A stretch of 64,000 bases of DNA, taken from assembly GCA_965213685.1 (NCBI GenBank), contig CBDBZY010000064.1:544001-608000 (forward strand), given 5' to 3'. This DNA comes from a bacterium (lineage in GTDB: Bacteria; UBA8248). The notes under the pieces were generated by a model. That model searched no databases, was not told the DNA's origin, and saw only the letters and a list, made by a program, of their open reading frames with translations. Made by a program: the position numbers and the translations under genes. Of the stretch, positions 45,441 to 58,322 are shown in pieces (position 1 is the stretch's first letter; each line of letters opens with the position of its first letter).

Positions 45441-46480
45441 CCTTTCGCTTTGAGTTCCCGCGATGGAACGAGCGAGCGACGTGACACGGTCTTTCTTAGA
45501 TGTCCGTTTACTTCCGGCCCTTCCGGTCGCCTGGCTACCTCCATGCCAACGGCATAGCCCGCAAGTCTCCTGGCAACCAATTCAAATCTCCGTATTCCTA
45601 CAGATCGAAGCCGCGCGGCCCATTTATGGCTACGTGCAGAGTCCAGACTTCACTCCAGCCATTTCTAGCCCTCCCTGACGCTTTATCACACTGCCTGCTA
45701 GGCTTCTTGCTTTTTTTTTACATAAGTATACAATAAGTATATAATAGCAGAGATGAAAGCTACATCAAAGCTCCGACCGCCACATCCAAGCGCCGAGGGG
45801 CCACTTCAAGGGGTGCGTGGGAGTTTTTGATCAGTTAATTGCCCGCATGCCGACATTACATCATCAAATGTTCCATATTTCTCCAGTTTTACGCTGTTTT
45901 AGAAAGTGCGCAAAAATGCGCACTTTTGAGAGCGAAAGGGATAAACTAGCCATAAAGTGAAAAGGCCAGACCATATGTCGGACTTCCATCTTTATCGCAA
46001 TGACCCGGCAGGCTGGATTAAAGAAAATCATTTAAACCTGACCTTGACCCCTTTTGATGTAATAGTATTAAACTTTCCGAGGAAGGATGGTGTTGAGACC
46101 TCGTTTCATAACGACCGAACAGTGAAAGCCATTTTTCCACCATGCCGTGTGCACGTGCCTTCAATGTTGATGTAGTACATGATCCCACTCACATTATTTT
46201 TCTACCAAGCTGGCTAGTGGACCCGCCAGATTTGTGAAACAGAAAATTGATTTTGGTCTGGCCTAGTCAGCACTTCTATTTTGTAAAAGATGATGTACAC
46301 ATGCACTTTTATGCATGGAGAAAGGAAATGTGGGCTGAACTATTAACAGTAGTGGTGAATTGTAGTTTTTTGCATAGGCCATCTCATTTAGTATCAATGG
46401 GATTTCTCACCAGTGTATTTAGCTTGTATATAGCCTTCTGCTAAAAGCAGGCAGGAGAATAGTGCATAATAAAAAAAAAC

Positions 46481-47270
46481 AATTGTGGAAGGGGACATAG
46501 GGATTGCATAAAAAAGAATGGAGAGAAGACCCCTGGATGCAGAGCACACACTATAATGCACTGAGTTTTACAGGGACAATGATGACAGGATAAGTATGCT
46601 ACGTCTGATTATACAAGTATATAGATTAAACAGGAGCCAATAAGCGCCGCAAAGCGGTGCCAAGGAGCGTCCAACACCTCATGATAGCGTGGAACAGCGA
46701 TGTACTAACCACAGCAGCCAGGTTATACCCTTATTTGGATCGCAGTTTCGTAATAGCTGCTACAGAAGCTACACAAGTGTACAACTACTATTGTAGTGAC
46801 TGCCCTATATGGTCAACAACTGAGAGGTCTTTAGGACATCGCTGTTCTCCATAGTTGGATGCTCCTTGGCGCCGCTTCACGGCGCATATGGGTTCCTGAT
46901 TTAAATTATGTTATGTAGGTATTGCGTCTACACTCAGTACATGCATTCACTTTAATCAACAGTTTGACGATTATGGAATAACGAACGCTCGAGAATATAT
47001 GAAGCATCATACATTTGTAGGGTGTGAGTGCAAGAGCAGGTGTTGTGAAATAAATATTGTATTGATCATGTGTTTCTGCTGTCTTTCCACACATACATGA
47101 AACACCAATGCAGTACTGTTCAACAATATAGGTCTTGTTTTGCATAATCAGTCATACCGTACTTGTCCTGTCATCATTGTTCCCGTGAAACTCGGTGCAT
47201 TATAGTGTGTGTTCTGCATCTGGGTCTTGTCTTCATTCTTTTCATCAATCTTTACATCCCTTCCACAATT
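46481..47270. mobile_element. Foldback element (~135-bp inverted arms) containing a nested MITE (46627-46902)
   Basis: 46481-46616 is the reverse complement of ~47140-47270. The inner TIRs are AAACAGGAGCC..GCCAAGGAGCGTCCAAC / GTTGGATGCTCCTTGGC..GGTTCCTGATTT. Confidence 0.75.
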
Positions 47271-47669
47271 TACATTTTTCATTCACTGTAAATGATGTAA
47301 GTCTGATGGTAGATCAAATCTTTCTGCATAATTATGATGATGAATCCAAAAACGAATATGTCACTTTATTTGGATTACTGTTACAGCTGTCGGAGTGTGT
47401 CCTTGTCCGATAGTTGATCATTCACTATGTCCATGTATAACAGTTACTATAGCTCTTGCATGATATGTGTACTATTCGCACTGGCCTAATTTACACGTTT
47501 TACTCAAGCCACCTTAAGCCAATCAATAGTTTTGTACAGTCTGTTGTACACTAAAGTGCACTACATTGATATGAATAGAGGTCATAAAGCTCACATCATT
47601 ACCACATCATTGAAAACATGTAAAATGTCACAATTGAAAAAACTACATCAGTAAGGTAATTAACTACTC

Positions 47670-50600
47670 CTAGTGGCACTGTACTAAACAAAAGAGTGCA
47701 AACATACTTTCATCCATATCTTTACAGTGACATGATGTGATCTGATTTGTCGACTTATACATGCAGAGCACCAATGGCTGGCGTGCCCATTGAATGTGGC
47801 ACCATATCCCTCTATGAATCCAATCCTCCATAGTAACCTCTTCTTCCTTCGGGCTTAATAACATAAATGATCTGTTTTCTGTAGTGAGGTTGGTAGTTAT
47901 CTTTACATACTCTTTGCGCCCGAAATACAATAGGGGGTTCCACCACCGAGCCATTCTTCCACTAGTAACATAAGCATCGACATTGCCTATATCAAATCTC
48001 TTAATAACAAATTCATTGGGAAGGTGTTTACTTGTTGGCTCAATACAGAATGGAGTTGCCGAATCTTTGTTAGTTGTTCCTTCAATTATTCCTTCTTCAT
48101 TCACCATCAGAAACATTGGTTCATGAAATGAACCACACTTAATGAAGAAAGGTCCTGTAGCTGAAATTGATGGATTGATGGATATAAGTACCATGTTTAT
48201 GCTAAGCCTTTTACATAATGGTACACTACAAAAAGAGATGGGTAGTTTAACCTTGCTGAGGTTATCTCAGTTGCAGCTGAATGACATCATGTCACCCCCC
48301 ACACTGGGTTATTTCTCCTATACTCTTGAGACCGAAGGCATGTGGGCAATATGTAGGGTGTCTCCAAAATAGCCACGTATGTGAGTAAATGGGTGTAGTA
48401 AACGTAATTGTGTGTTATGACAGGAATTTGACAGGGGATGGGTAAACAGCCCATGATGGGTGGTCACTCCCCTGTCTTGCTCAGTGGACTAATTGGCTGT
48501 CATATATTCTACTGCTCAATCCCTTATATTTCTTGTGAGATGTCCTACACACCTCAGTATACCTCTGTTCAAGGCCAAGTGCTGAGGGAACAATTGTGTG
48601 AACATACTTATTGGTTAAAATAATCATGAAGTTTTTGCAGTATATAAAGTATGAAAAACATTTTCCAAAAATGTATAGGAATGTAGGGATGGCAGTGCCA
48701 AAAACCACACAAACTAGACATATGGATGGCAGTGTGCAGGCAACACAGATGACTACACAAGTAACCCCATCCCTACATCATTTTTCATTTTTGTTATCCA
48801 CCCAAAGCTTTTTCCAGTACTCTGACAACAAAGCTTAGATACACGTTCTATTTAGAAAAATGATGTAGGGATGGGATTACTTGTGTAGTCATCTGTGTTA
48901 CCTGCACACTGCCATCCATATATCTAGTTTGTGTGGTCTTTGGCACTGCCATCCCTACATTCCTATACATTTTTGGAAAATGTTTTTCATACTTGTTTGT
49001 GTGCCCTTTTGTTGTACCACACTACCATACAGGAGGTTGTCTCTCTCTAAGTTTAGTACCAACACCTTTAGTATGCATATTAGTGTGCACTAATATGTAT
49101 GCATATTAGTGCTACTCTAAGTTGGGAAGCCAGTATCAGTGGCTTCCAAGTACGACCCGGCAGATTATATAACTGTTCACCACTGTGACAGTTTGCTAAG
49201 ATTTCGTTTCCTACTCGGAAGTGAAACTCAGTGATGCAATCTTGGGGGCGTACCGTTTGGTAAAAAATCGCTGGAACAATGCCGCTTGGTGCTCAGAGGG
49301 GAACACGAGCATCCCCTCCAAGAAAGCTTTTGTAGGCCTATGTATACGCACAATTGGTTGTTGGACGCCATCCGTACACGAACAGTCCGACTCTGAAACA
49401 ACAGTGAAGTAAGATACTGCTGAAACAGGCTACTCTGTGCTGGGGAGAAATTACTAGGCCGTGGCTTCAAGCGATTGTGCACGAGCGCGAGCACGCGAGG
49501 CGGGCGGCCCTCACATGCTTGCAATTTGTGTCACGTGACAATTATTAGAAAATGGCTCCCAAATATGGGCATGTTGTCCATGCTTCTACTTTCTGCTTAT
49601 TTGAGAAGATGCTAAGATGCCGTTAAGGCAGATCATACACCGTAGTGATTACAGTTGATCTGTAAAGAACTGAGGTAATTACCTCTGCCAGTTTCGAGAA
49701 AAGTCATTTGAAAGAAATCTCTTAAGAAGAAGAAGAAGAAGAAGAATTAGAAAGAAAAAGAAATCACCACTTCACCCGTTTCCTGCCGGTAAGCCTAGGG
49801 ATACATTTAAGCTACTTGGGGGCTATCATTGAGTAGAGAAACGTTCGAATAGGAGAGCTAGTGGTCTAGAAAGGCTTAGAACATGAGCGTTCACGAGTTA
49901 AGACGGCTTTCCAATGTACGCACACTATGGGTGGGTCGGAGCCATCCCTACATAGAGAGTCTACCGACTCTCTGATACAGTATTTCTTTTAGGAATGTGG
50001 TCAGGGGAGAACTCACTGAATACAAATTATTAGGCAGTAAGTAATGGATGCACGTGTACAATGTATACATCCAAAGGGAGGTTAAAGGTGCAGAAAGATG
50101 TAAGAATGGCAGTGCCAAGAACAACACAAACTAGGTGTAGCTGTGGTATGCATGCAAGCAAGGCAGGACATACAAAAAAAAAAAAAGTAGCCACATCCCT
50201 ATACCAGATGCTTCATACAAAGCATCCTTCTGCATAACAATAAGACTTTGCTGGTTTTGGTGGTATTATCTCATGAAATGGAGCTAATGTCCTATTTTTC
50301 TTGCTTGCACACCGCCATCCTGGGCTGTTTTGTTTTGGCACTGCCATCCCTACTACCCCCTACGTGCTTGGAAAAAGCTATTTTTTTAAATACTTGGTTG
50401 AGTAGGTTTGTACAAGTAGAATGTTGGGCATTGTGGGGTGAGCGTGAGCATGGTGAATGTTTTGTAAAACAACTCATACCAAGCAACTGTGTTTGTGATA
50501 TATAAATCATTCAACGCAGAATACTGGAAAAGGGACATAGGGGTTGGGTTCAGATGAGTAGAGTTCAATGAGGGCTTTCGAATGATATGCCCATCTACAT

Positions 50601-53600
50601 GTAGATGATTGCAGCGGAGTAAGGTTCCTTTCCAGGTATCATACTGGATTTTATACGGAGATCTCCATAAGGAAACCTCATAAGTGAGTGTTGGCATGTG
50701 TGCCGAAATTGCGTTTATGATGCCTGTCCACTGCGTTCTTGTTAGGTGCAGGGTAAAAGCTGCACCCGAAATTACAGGATCTCACTCTTACGTCACCGCA
50801 TTAGGGCTCCGCTGCCGTATGCCCTCTGTAGCTTAGAAGCTAAGCTGTTCACGTTAGTTACGAAACACACTCGCACACATGCCATTAGTCTGACAAGCTA
50901 GTCGCTTTTTATTGTCTGCAAGCTGCCAATCAACACCGAAGCGCCACCATGCCTAGTTGCAAAGTAGTCTTGTGCGTTCACGGAATATGGTCTGGTTCAC
51001 AAGACTAGTTGCAAGGGTGCAAGAGTTGGATTAGCCTGCTGTATAGCCTTGTACTACAAATCTTGTACTACAAATCTTTGCTGCAGTACCCCTCAACTTT
51101 AACCGGGTAGTTTGCACATGCAATATAACGAGCGATATAGCTAGCAGACAAACTTTGCCAGCTGAGTATGGTGGCACTTAGCTACAGGGGACATACGGCA
51201 ACGCAACCGTAATGCCGTGATGTAAGAGTGAGATCCTTTAACTTCGGGCGCGGCTTTACTCTGCGCCACCTAGCAAGAACGAACACCATAGCGCGCCATC
51301 AGAGGAGGTGTGACAGGGTCACGAGGTTCACCTATTATGATCACGTGCACCATATACAATACACTGCACTGTTTCACCATAGATATTATACCTTACTGAA
51401 GGTATAATATCTATGGTTTCACCACCACGCCCCAAACTTAGATTGTTGAAAACAGTCTCTACGTGCTTCTGTTTAGTTTCAATGCTATTTTAGTCGCCGC
51501 ACCCTCCGAGTTCCCATCTGCGACTTGCTGTTTAAGTGAAACACCATGACCTCTGACCTTGTAAGGCAAGCACAGTAACTACAAACGGTGGTTTCACTTG
51601 ATAGGATCTTCCCTGAAGAAGACATCCTCTAGCTTATTTTCTCCACTTTCATCATCCAGATTGCATGCTTTAGCTCCACAGTAAAACAGTAAAATAGTTA
51701 GACGGTCTTGTCCAACGAAAACTAAGGGATTTAGAAGGCCTCAGATCCTTAGTAGTGCCCGAGCGTAGCGAGGACACTACAGCGCAGGGCAAGGGCTAGG
51801 GATAGGCAAAGGACAAGTGCCATTTAACAACCTCTGCTAGGGGTAGATCTAGACAATATGTAGTAGCCCTGTGAAGGGGCAAGGGCTAGGGGTAGGCTAA
51901 GACTTAGTCGTGTGACCGGGCAAGGGCTAGGGGTAGTCTCGTGAACCAGACGTAATCCCGCGGGGAATTACCGCGGGATTACGTCTGGTTCACGAGACTA
52001 GACTAGGGGTAGGCTAGGGACTTAGTTATGTCACTGGGCTAGGGCTAGGGTTAGGGGTAAGCTATAGGGACAAGTTCACCTATAAACCTCTATGAGCGCA
52101 ATGGTATCCGTGGACAAGACCTAGTGGACACAGTGGACACAGCAGACTGCAGACAAGTCTTGGCCTATCCCAAGCCCTTTCCTTGGTCGTGTGACAGGGC
52201 AAGAGCTAGGGGTAGGCTAGGAACATAAAACCGCTTTGCGCACGTGTGACCTTTAACCCTGTAGGATGTCTGTACATAACGGGACTCGAAAGTAGCGACC
52301 AGCGTTACTATTCAGCGTCTACGGTATGTATCAACAAATTCACCAATATACAAAATGCATGTACAATATGCACATGTTCAAGCATGTGATATGTAACAAT
52401 GTGGTAACAAGCATGTATGAACCTGGTTAACTTTACAATCTGGTAGCATCCCTGTTACAACCTTGTCACTACCTCAGGACAATTCCAATTCCAAAGTTGT
52501 TCAAGGTTGTCGCCAAGTTGTGACAAGCTTGTGCTGTTTGCTTGTTACAATCTTGTTGCAATGTAGTCGCAAGCAGCCAGACAAGGTTGTTACAATCTTG
52601 TAATTTCTATATGGGATATCATTTAAGAGTGGATGTCTGTACAACCCTGCCCCATTTGTGAAGTTTTGATTCAAGGTCTATTGATTGTGTAGATTGCCTG
52701 ATTCTGGCTAAAGTATGGTTTTGTGCTCAAAATCATTGTAAAGAATGGTATCACTATACATGCATTGGAATTAAGCTGACTGGTCACGGGAATTGTGGTC
52801 ATTGTTGAATTCATTATATTCAGTCATCATTAGTCATCATATCTTCAGTAAAGTACTAGGCAAGTGCTTTGTAATGTAAAATCTTTATTGCTTGTGTACA
52901 GTGCCTGATTCTGGCGACAGTATGGTTTTGTGCTCAAAATAATAGTAAAGAATGGCATCACTCTACATGCATTGCTGACTGGTCACTGGAATTGTGGTCA
53001 TTGTAATACATGTAGCGTCTAGGCGTGTGTCAGACTTCAACACGGTGAGGCATTTGCTTTTAATACATAGCCCTAGTCTGCATCCATGTAGTTTAATATG
53101 ACTGTACTGTGAGTAACCTGGGAACAAGGCTGCACCTATATACTGTACTAAGATATCGGTGAATGCCCACTGGTAACGTCGTCAGAAAACGGGTAAACGG
53201 CAAAGACGAGTGTGCTTACGGTGGCAATATACCCGGTAGTTAGTTTGTGGTTGGCCCTTGCCACCGGCTGCTGGCATTAGTTAGTTTTCTTGTGGCTGTG
53301 ACACCGACGGGTGGCAATAACTTGTTTTGCGGCAGGCCCCTACCACTGGCCAGTGGCAATAGTTAGTTTGTGGTTATGACACCGGCCAGTGGCAATAGCC
53401 TCGGCCTAATATTTTAGCCGGTGTGTTCACACATCATCCTCTCAGCTATTTTGCCCTTGCTCAACAGCTGGCTCACTCCCGCCCATCCACAAGGCTACAG
53501 TGTACTAGCCTCATCCCCAGGCTCTCCCCCGCACGATGTTGACAAGGACCTTGTTACATGGTTGCACATGTGTAACCCATGCCCATACTTCACTCCCATG

Positions 53601-54694
53601 TACTACACAATCACAACATTTCCTTGTCATGTGGCCCACAATACAGCCCAAAACAGCTGTGATGGTAATATTTGTAGTATTATAGAGTACAGTTTACATG
53701 GCCCTGCAACGTATGTAACAAAGGTCTTTGTCAAAGAAACAATGTCAGTCTAAGTAGCTTAGATGAGTGATATGATATTTTCTGCCTTCTATGCTTAGCA
53801 CAAACTAGCTGGCGTTACTTAGATGAAAAATTGGGGTTCTACTCCTTTATAGAACATGTATACAAGCGATACAAACTTACACTTTGGTAGTCCCTCCGAG
53901 CAATACATTGCAACAGCATCCTTAAGGGCTTCTGCTAGCTTTGGCGTCTCTTGCACCAGTGTGTAAATGGGGACCATTTCAATCTCAATCACAGCCTCTT
54001 CTGTTACTGAATCATCAGCTGCAAATGTACCAAATCTTTTCATTTCTTTTTGTTCGGTTTTGGATGTATGACTATGTTTGCCTCGTACTGTAGCTGATGG
54101 AGCTTCAAGAATGGGTGCCACAACACTGGCGGTCACTCCTGATGACATCTGAGTGGCTTGTTCCTCAGAGCCTTCTACTTCGCACTTCATTGCCCCTAGC
54201 GTAATAGCGGCCGTATAATGCGTGACAGAGTGCTCTTTTACATACCCTTCGCACGCCTTCCTTAGGGTCTGCTTGTATTCGGCGTCGTTTCTAGTGCTGT
54301 CGAAGTTTACAGCTTCACGAAGTTTCTTCTCGAACCATGTTTCACTTTCATCATCGACTTTAAACGCCACTGTACGAGTCTTCACCTTTGTTACTGCGAC
54401 TTTCTGCGAGTGGACAAGCTTGCGAGAAAAACTAGTATCCATACCGAGTTTCACGGTTTGGATAAGAGCACCAGAATTTCCTTCGGCCGAAAAAAATAGG
54501 TCCCTGCTCTTTACAGCTGATCTGCTATATTTCTCTGTCTTTGGCTCGCGTATCACCCATATATCATCCTGGGAAGCGCGGGGTCGAAGTTGAAAATATC
54601 TTTTACTTTTCCATGGATTGTTTTCCGTGGCGTTAAGTCCAAGACCAAGGCCGTGCTGCCATGCGTCTTCAAGGTCTCCCGGTGTTGCAGCCAT
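47670..54694 (-). CDS. MACPF-like pore-forming domain fused to a C-terminal beta-trefoil-like domain (434 aa; exons 54694-53881 and 48160-47670)
   Basis: The phase-1 donor (CCAAAGT|GTAAGT) and acceptor (TCAATTTCAG|CT) join in frame to give 1305 nt with no stops. Exon 1 has GLGLGLNAT, VTHYTAAITLGA (cf. the MACPF GTH(Y/F)x6GG signature) and EAVIEIEMVPIYTLV. Exon 2 has FFIKC..FLMVNEEGIIEGTT..ATPFCIEP..EFVIK. No signal peptide. Confidence 0.82.
48647..48995. mobile_element. Foldback MITE, ~140-bp near-perfect inverted arms
   Basis: 48647-48786 is the reverse complement of ~48854-48994. A degenerate relative lies at ~50095-50360. Confidence 0.88.
49134..49977. mobile_element. Non-autonomous DNA transposon with TATCAG...CTGATA ends and a possible 3-bp TSD (CAG)
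   Basis: CAG|TATCAG ... CTGATA|CAG. The right half is shared with 37270-37730. Confidence 0.7.
50740..51280. mobile_element. Foldback MITE with long imperfect arms
   Basis: AGGATCTCACTCTTAC..TGTAGCT (50776-50833) pairs with AGCTACA..GTAAGAGTGAGATCCT (51180-51237). Confidence 0.75.
51378..51415. mobile_element. P-element-type excision footprint (17 nt + 4 nt + 17 nt) with 7-bp TSD
   Basis: GTTTCAC | CATAGATATTATACCTT ACTG AAGGTATAATATCTATG | GTTTCAC. Confidence 0.8.
51934..52000. mobile_element. 67-bp hairpin mini-element (TAGTCTCG...CGAGACTA) with 9-bp TSD
   Basis: Perfect arms TAGTCTCGTGAACCAGACGTAATCCCGCGG; flanks GGCTAGGGG / GACTAGGGG. A related 43-bp copy at 50965-51007 has flanks GTTGCAAAG / GTTGCAAGG. 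Confidence 0.8.
53540..53750. mobile_element. MITE; inverted second copy at ~58450-58656
   Basis: CACAATCACAACATTTCCTTGTC..CAAAGGTCTTTGTCAAAGAAACAATGTC matches the reverse complement of 58450-58656. Confidence 0.75.
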
Positions 54695-55317
54695 GTATAA
54701 CAATAGCGAAGTGATACCAGCTGGGTGGCAACTACTTTCCTGTTTGACTCAAATGGCGAGATTCCCGACCTACAGTTTGTGGCGGAGAGAAATCGTATTT
54801 CCTTTTTAAAAGGGAGAAGGGCCGGTACACATCGTGTGCGCATGCGCCTAATTACTACCGTTGGTCCACGTGTTTCAGTAGGGACTCGGGAAGGGGGTTG
54901 TGACCTAAGCTAGAATTTGGGGAGCCAGAGACATCTTCATCTACAGCAGACCGAACGTTTAAGTCTTGTTCATGTCGCTGGACAGCTCTAACGTGGCTAG
55001 CCAGCCATGTTTCTTGCTGTTCGGTCGTGGAAGTCTCCGTCAACATTTGCTCAAGGGTTGCTAGTGGTGAACCGCTACGGCGGGATATTAACACGCATGT
55101 GCACACAGTGTGTAAGACTTACCGAGCTGCTTCGTAGATGCATACACACATCAATAGCCTAGAAAAGCAGTAGCAGGCTGACTGCACAACATTTGTGCAT
55201 GCTGCTGATACGTATGTGTGCACTGAAATTTCGTGTGACCTGCTGTGCGTTAATCCATCAACTGAGCCTGTGTTTCCACCTGCTGCACTAGCTTTTTTGC
55301 GTACGCACACACGCACG

Positions 55318-55348
<31 letters not shown>

Positions 55349-55419
55349 ACACGCACGCACGCACGCAGCCTCGCGGAGCCACGCCTTCTCGCATGCAGAG
55401 AAGGCGTGGCTCCGCTAGG

Positions 55420-55497
<78 letters not shown>

Positions 55498-55870
55498 ACT
55501 CACACTTGCAAAACATCCACATACTGCCTAATTTATTGTAGTCAAATAGGAGCAAGCATCCCTTTTGTGCGCGTTGCCCATTTCTTCTACACATTTACAC
55601 GCATGCGCGCACTTTTGCGCAAGCGCGCAACCTACGCGCGGGATAGCAGCTGCTAATTGAAGCTGGAAAGTGAGAAGGTGCGTTCTGTTTACTTAGGCAT
55701 GTATTACCTATTTACCACGTAGCTATGTAAACCAGGTATTGTTCTTGGTGCACTGATATTGTGTAGACCTAAAACCTATCTGCATGTACTTTTAGGACAC
55801 TATACTGTGCAGGCTTCCAGCACACCTTAACTAGGCACATCAAAAAATCTCTCTAAAACTAATCTTGGAT

Positions 55871-55994
55871 GCCGGACTCCAATTTATGGGAGTGGTCCCG
55901 CCCAACTCTGGAGTTAGCCACGGGTCGGAAGGTTAAAGGGACCGAAACCTGTGGTTAAACTATGATGGATTTGGGTACTTCCCTGATGACCGGC
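55871..55994 (+). ncRNA. Putative rearranged (non-circularly permuted) hammerhead ribozyme, copy 1
   Basis: GTC 55924-55926, GAAAC 55944-55948, CTGATGA 55983-55989. Stem III TAGCCACGGG/CCTGTGGTTA; stem I GGAAG/CTTCC; stem II GGTCCC/GGGACC. Confidence 0.7.
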
Positions 55995-56238
55995 CTTAAA
56001 CTACTTCTAAGCCCCGTGGTAGAGGAATGCTGGTATTCGCATACTTGTACATGCACGCACACACACACACACACACACACACTCAAACTATAGACAGGCA
56101 CACTGGGCATGTGTTCATACAAAGCCTATGCAGATACCCGACAGCCATGCACTTTGATGACGCTGACAAGGGCCTCCCACACTCTATACTGTCTCTTTCT
56201 CCCCCTTCTCTTTCCCTACCTCACCTTTCTCACCCCCC

Positions 56239-56341
<103 letters not shown>

Positions 56342-57184
56342 ACTCACACTTGCAAAACATTCACATAGAATGCCTGCTGCCTAATTTATCAGGCAGACAA
56401 ATGCAGAGACAATAAATAAAGAAAACGAAGTGGAACTTTATAAGTGCATAATAAACCAAATAAGCTGTTTAAAAAATAGAACAATAAACAAGCAGACAAT
56501 TGCCGAAACTGTTTGAAATCAGGCAACTGAGTGTCCACCTATAAAATGCCGCCACAGAGTTCAGGCACCGCAGTGAGGCGACACCCGTGACTCAGAGATC
56601 GCACGGTTGATGAAAGGGTAGCTTGATTTGAGGGCTCTCCCTGCTGAAGAACGTGATCCATGAATAGCTTGAATAGATGATCGAAGTAGTGAAAAAGACA
56701 GTATACATCTAAGCCAGCACTGACATTGTGGAGCTGTAGGCTTGATCCCACTTGTCTGCAAGGAGGGAGGTTAGGCGTTTGTAAGTAGATGTAGCAATAT
56801 GCCCAAGACCTCCAGCCTAACTTATTGGAGTCAAATAGGAGCAAGCACCCCTTTTGTATGCAGATAATATCATAATTATACGCATTGCCCATTTCTTCTA
56901 CGCCATGTACACGCAATTGCGCAAGCGCAGGGTACTAAAACTACGCGCGAATAATAGCAGCTGCTAATTGCAGCTGGGAAATTGAGAAGGTGCGTCCTGT
57001 TTACTTTGTCGTGTATTACAGGTAGCTATGTAAACCAGGCATTGTCCCATGGGTGCACTTAGAGTTACAACTATAATTATGTATGTGCCTCTATGACACT
57101 ATACTGTGCAGGCTTAGCCCAGTACACCTATAACTAGGCACATCAACAAAAAAAAAAAAACCTCTTTAGAAACTAATCCTGGAT

Positions 57185-57308
57185 GTTGGACTCCAATTTA
57201 TGGGAGTGGTCCCACCCAACTCCGGAGTTAGCCACAGGTCGGAAGGTTAAAGGGACCAAAATCTGTGGTTAAACTATGATGGATTTGCGTACTTCCCTGA
57301 TGACCGGC
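57185..57308 (+). ncRNA. Rearranged hammerhead-like motif, copy 2 (core GAAA mutated to AAAA, probably inactive)
   Basis: GTC 57238-57240, AAAA 57258-57261, CTGATGA 57297-57303; stems retained with G-U pairs. Confidence 0.55.
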
Positions 57309-57407
57309 CTTACACTACTTCTAAGGTTTCATGTGCTTGGGTATGCCCCAGGTAAAGGCAGTTGGGATGCTGGCATTTGCACATGCACACACATGCACAC
57401 CCACACA

Positions 57408-57518
<111 letters not shown>

Positions 57519-57896
57519 ACTCACACTTGCAAAACATCCACATACTGCCTAATTTATTGGAGTCAATTAGAAGCAAGCACCTCTTTTGCATGCAGATATA
57601 CACATTGGCCCATTTCTACTAAGCATGCACACGCAATTGTGCAAGCGTGCAGTACTAAAACTACCCGCGGGTAATAGCAGCTGCTAATCGCAGCTGGGAA
57701 ACTGAAAAGGTGCGTCCTGTTTACTTTGTCGTGTATTACCCATTTACCAGGTAGCTATGTAAACCAGGCATTGTCCCATGGGTGCACTTAGAGCTACAAC
57801 CTATTTTCATGTGCCTTTAGAACACTATATACTGTGCAGGCTTAGCCCAGTACACTTAATCATGGGAAAAAATCTCTTTAAAAACTAATCCTGGAT

Positions 57897-58020
57897 GCCG
57901 GACTCCAACTTATGGGAGTGGTCCTGCCCAACTCCGGAGTTAGCCACAGGTCGGAAAGTTAAAGGAACCGAAACCTGTGGTTAAGCTATGATGGAATTGG
58001 GTACTTCCCTGACGACCGGC
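57897..58020 (+). ncRNA. Putative rearranged hammerhead ribozyme, copy 3
   Basis: GTC 57950-57952, GAAA 57970-57973, CTGACGA 58009-58015 (change at the variable N7 position). Confidence 0.65.
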
Positions 58021-58251
58021 CTAAAGCTAAATACTTACCTGTTGGCCTGTATATACATGTATTTCTATAGTCTCAAGTGTATAAATATATACCACAAGGT
58101 AGAAACAGTTGGGGCACTGGGTGTGTGAGTGTTGGTGCATATAGGTCAGGTTTGCCTGGACACTGGGGACTGCTGCTGGTGAAGTGGACAAAAGCCCTCC
58201 CAACTCTGTTCTCTCCTTTATCTTTCTCTGCCTTATCCACCCACAAACACA

Positions 58252-58322
<71 letters not shown>

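Noticed and set aside
51780-52225. Interstitial telomere
   Set aside because: Mostly degenerate GGGCAAGGGCTAGGGGTAGGCTA units with only an isolated TTAGGG. More likely internal repeats of a mobile element.
55871-55994. Box C/D snoRNA, Sm snRNA, or HDV-like/twister/pistol reading of the conserved RNA motif
   Set aside because: ATGATGG..CTGA and AATTTATGG are partial matches only, and the diagnostic loops of the other ribozymes are missing. The hammerhead core with stems I and III fits fully.
58031-58041. U1 snRNA start (ATACTTACCTG)
   Set aside because: The downstream sequence lacks U1 stem-loops and the Sm site. It is simply the complement of a consensus splice donor or a chance match.
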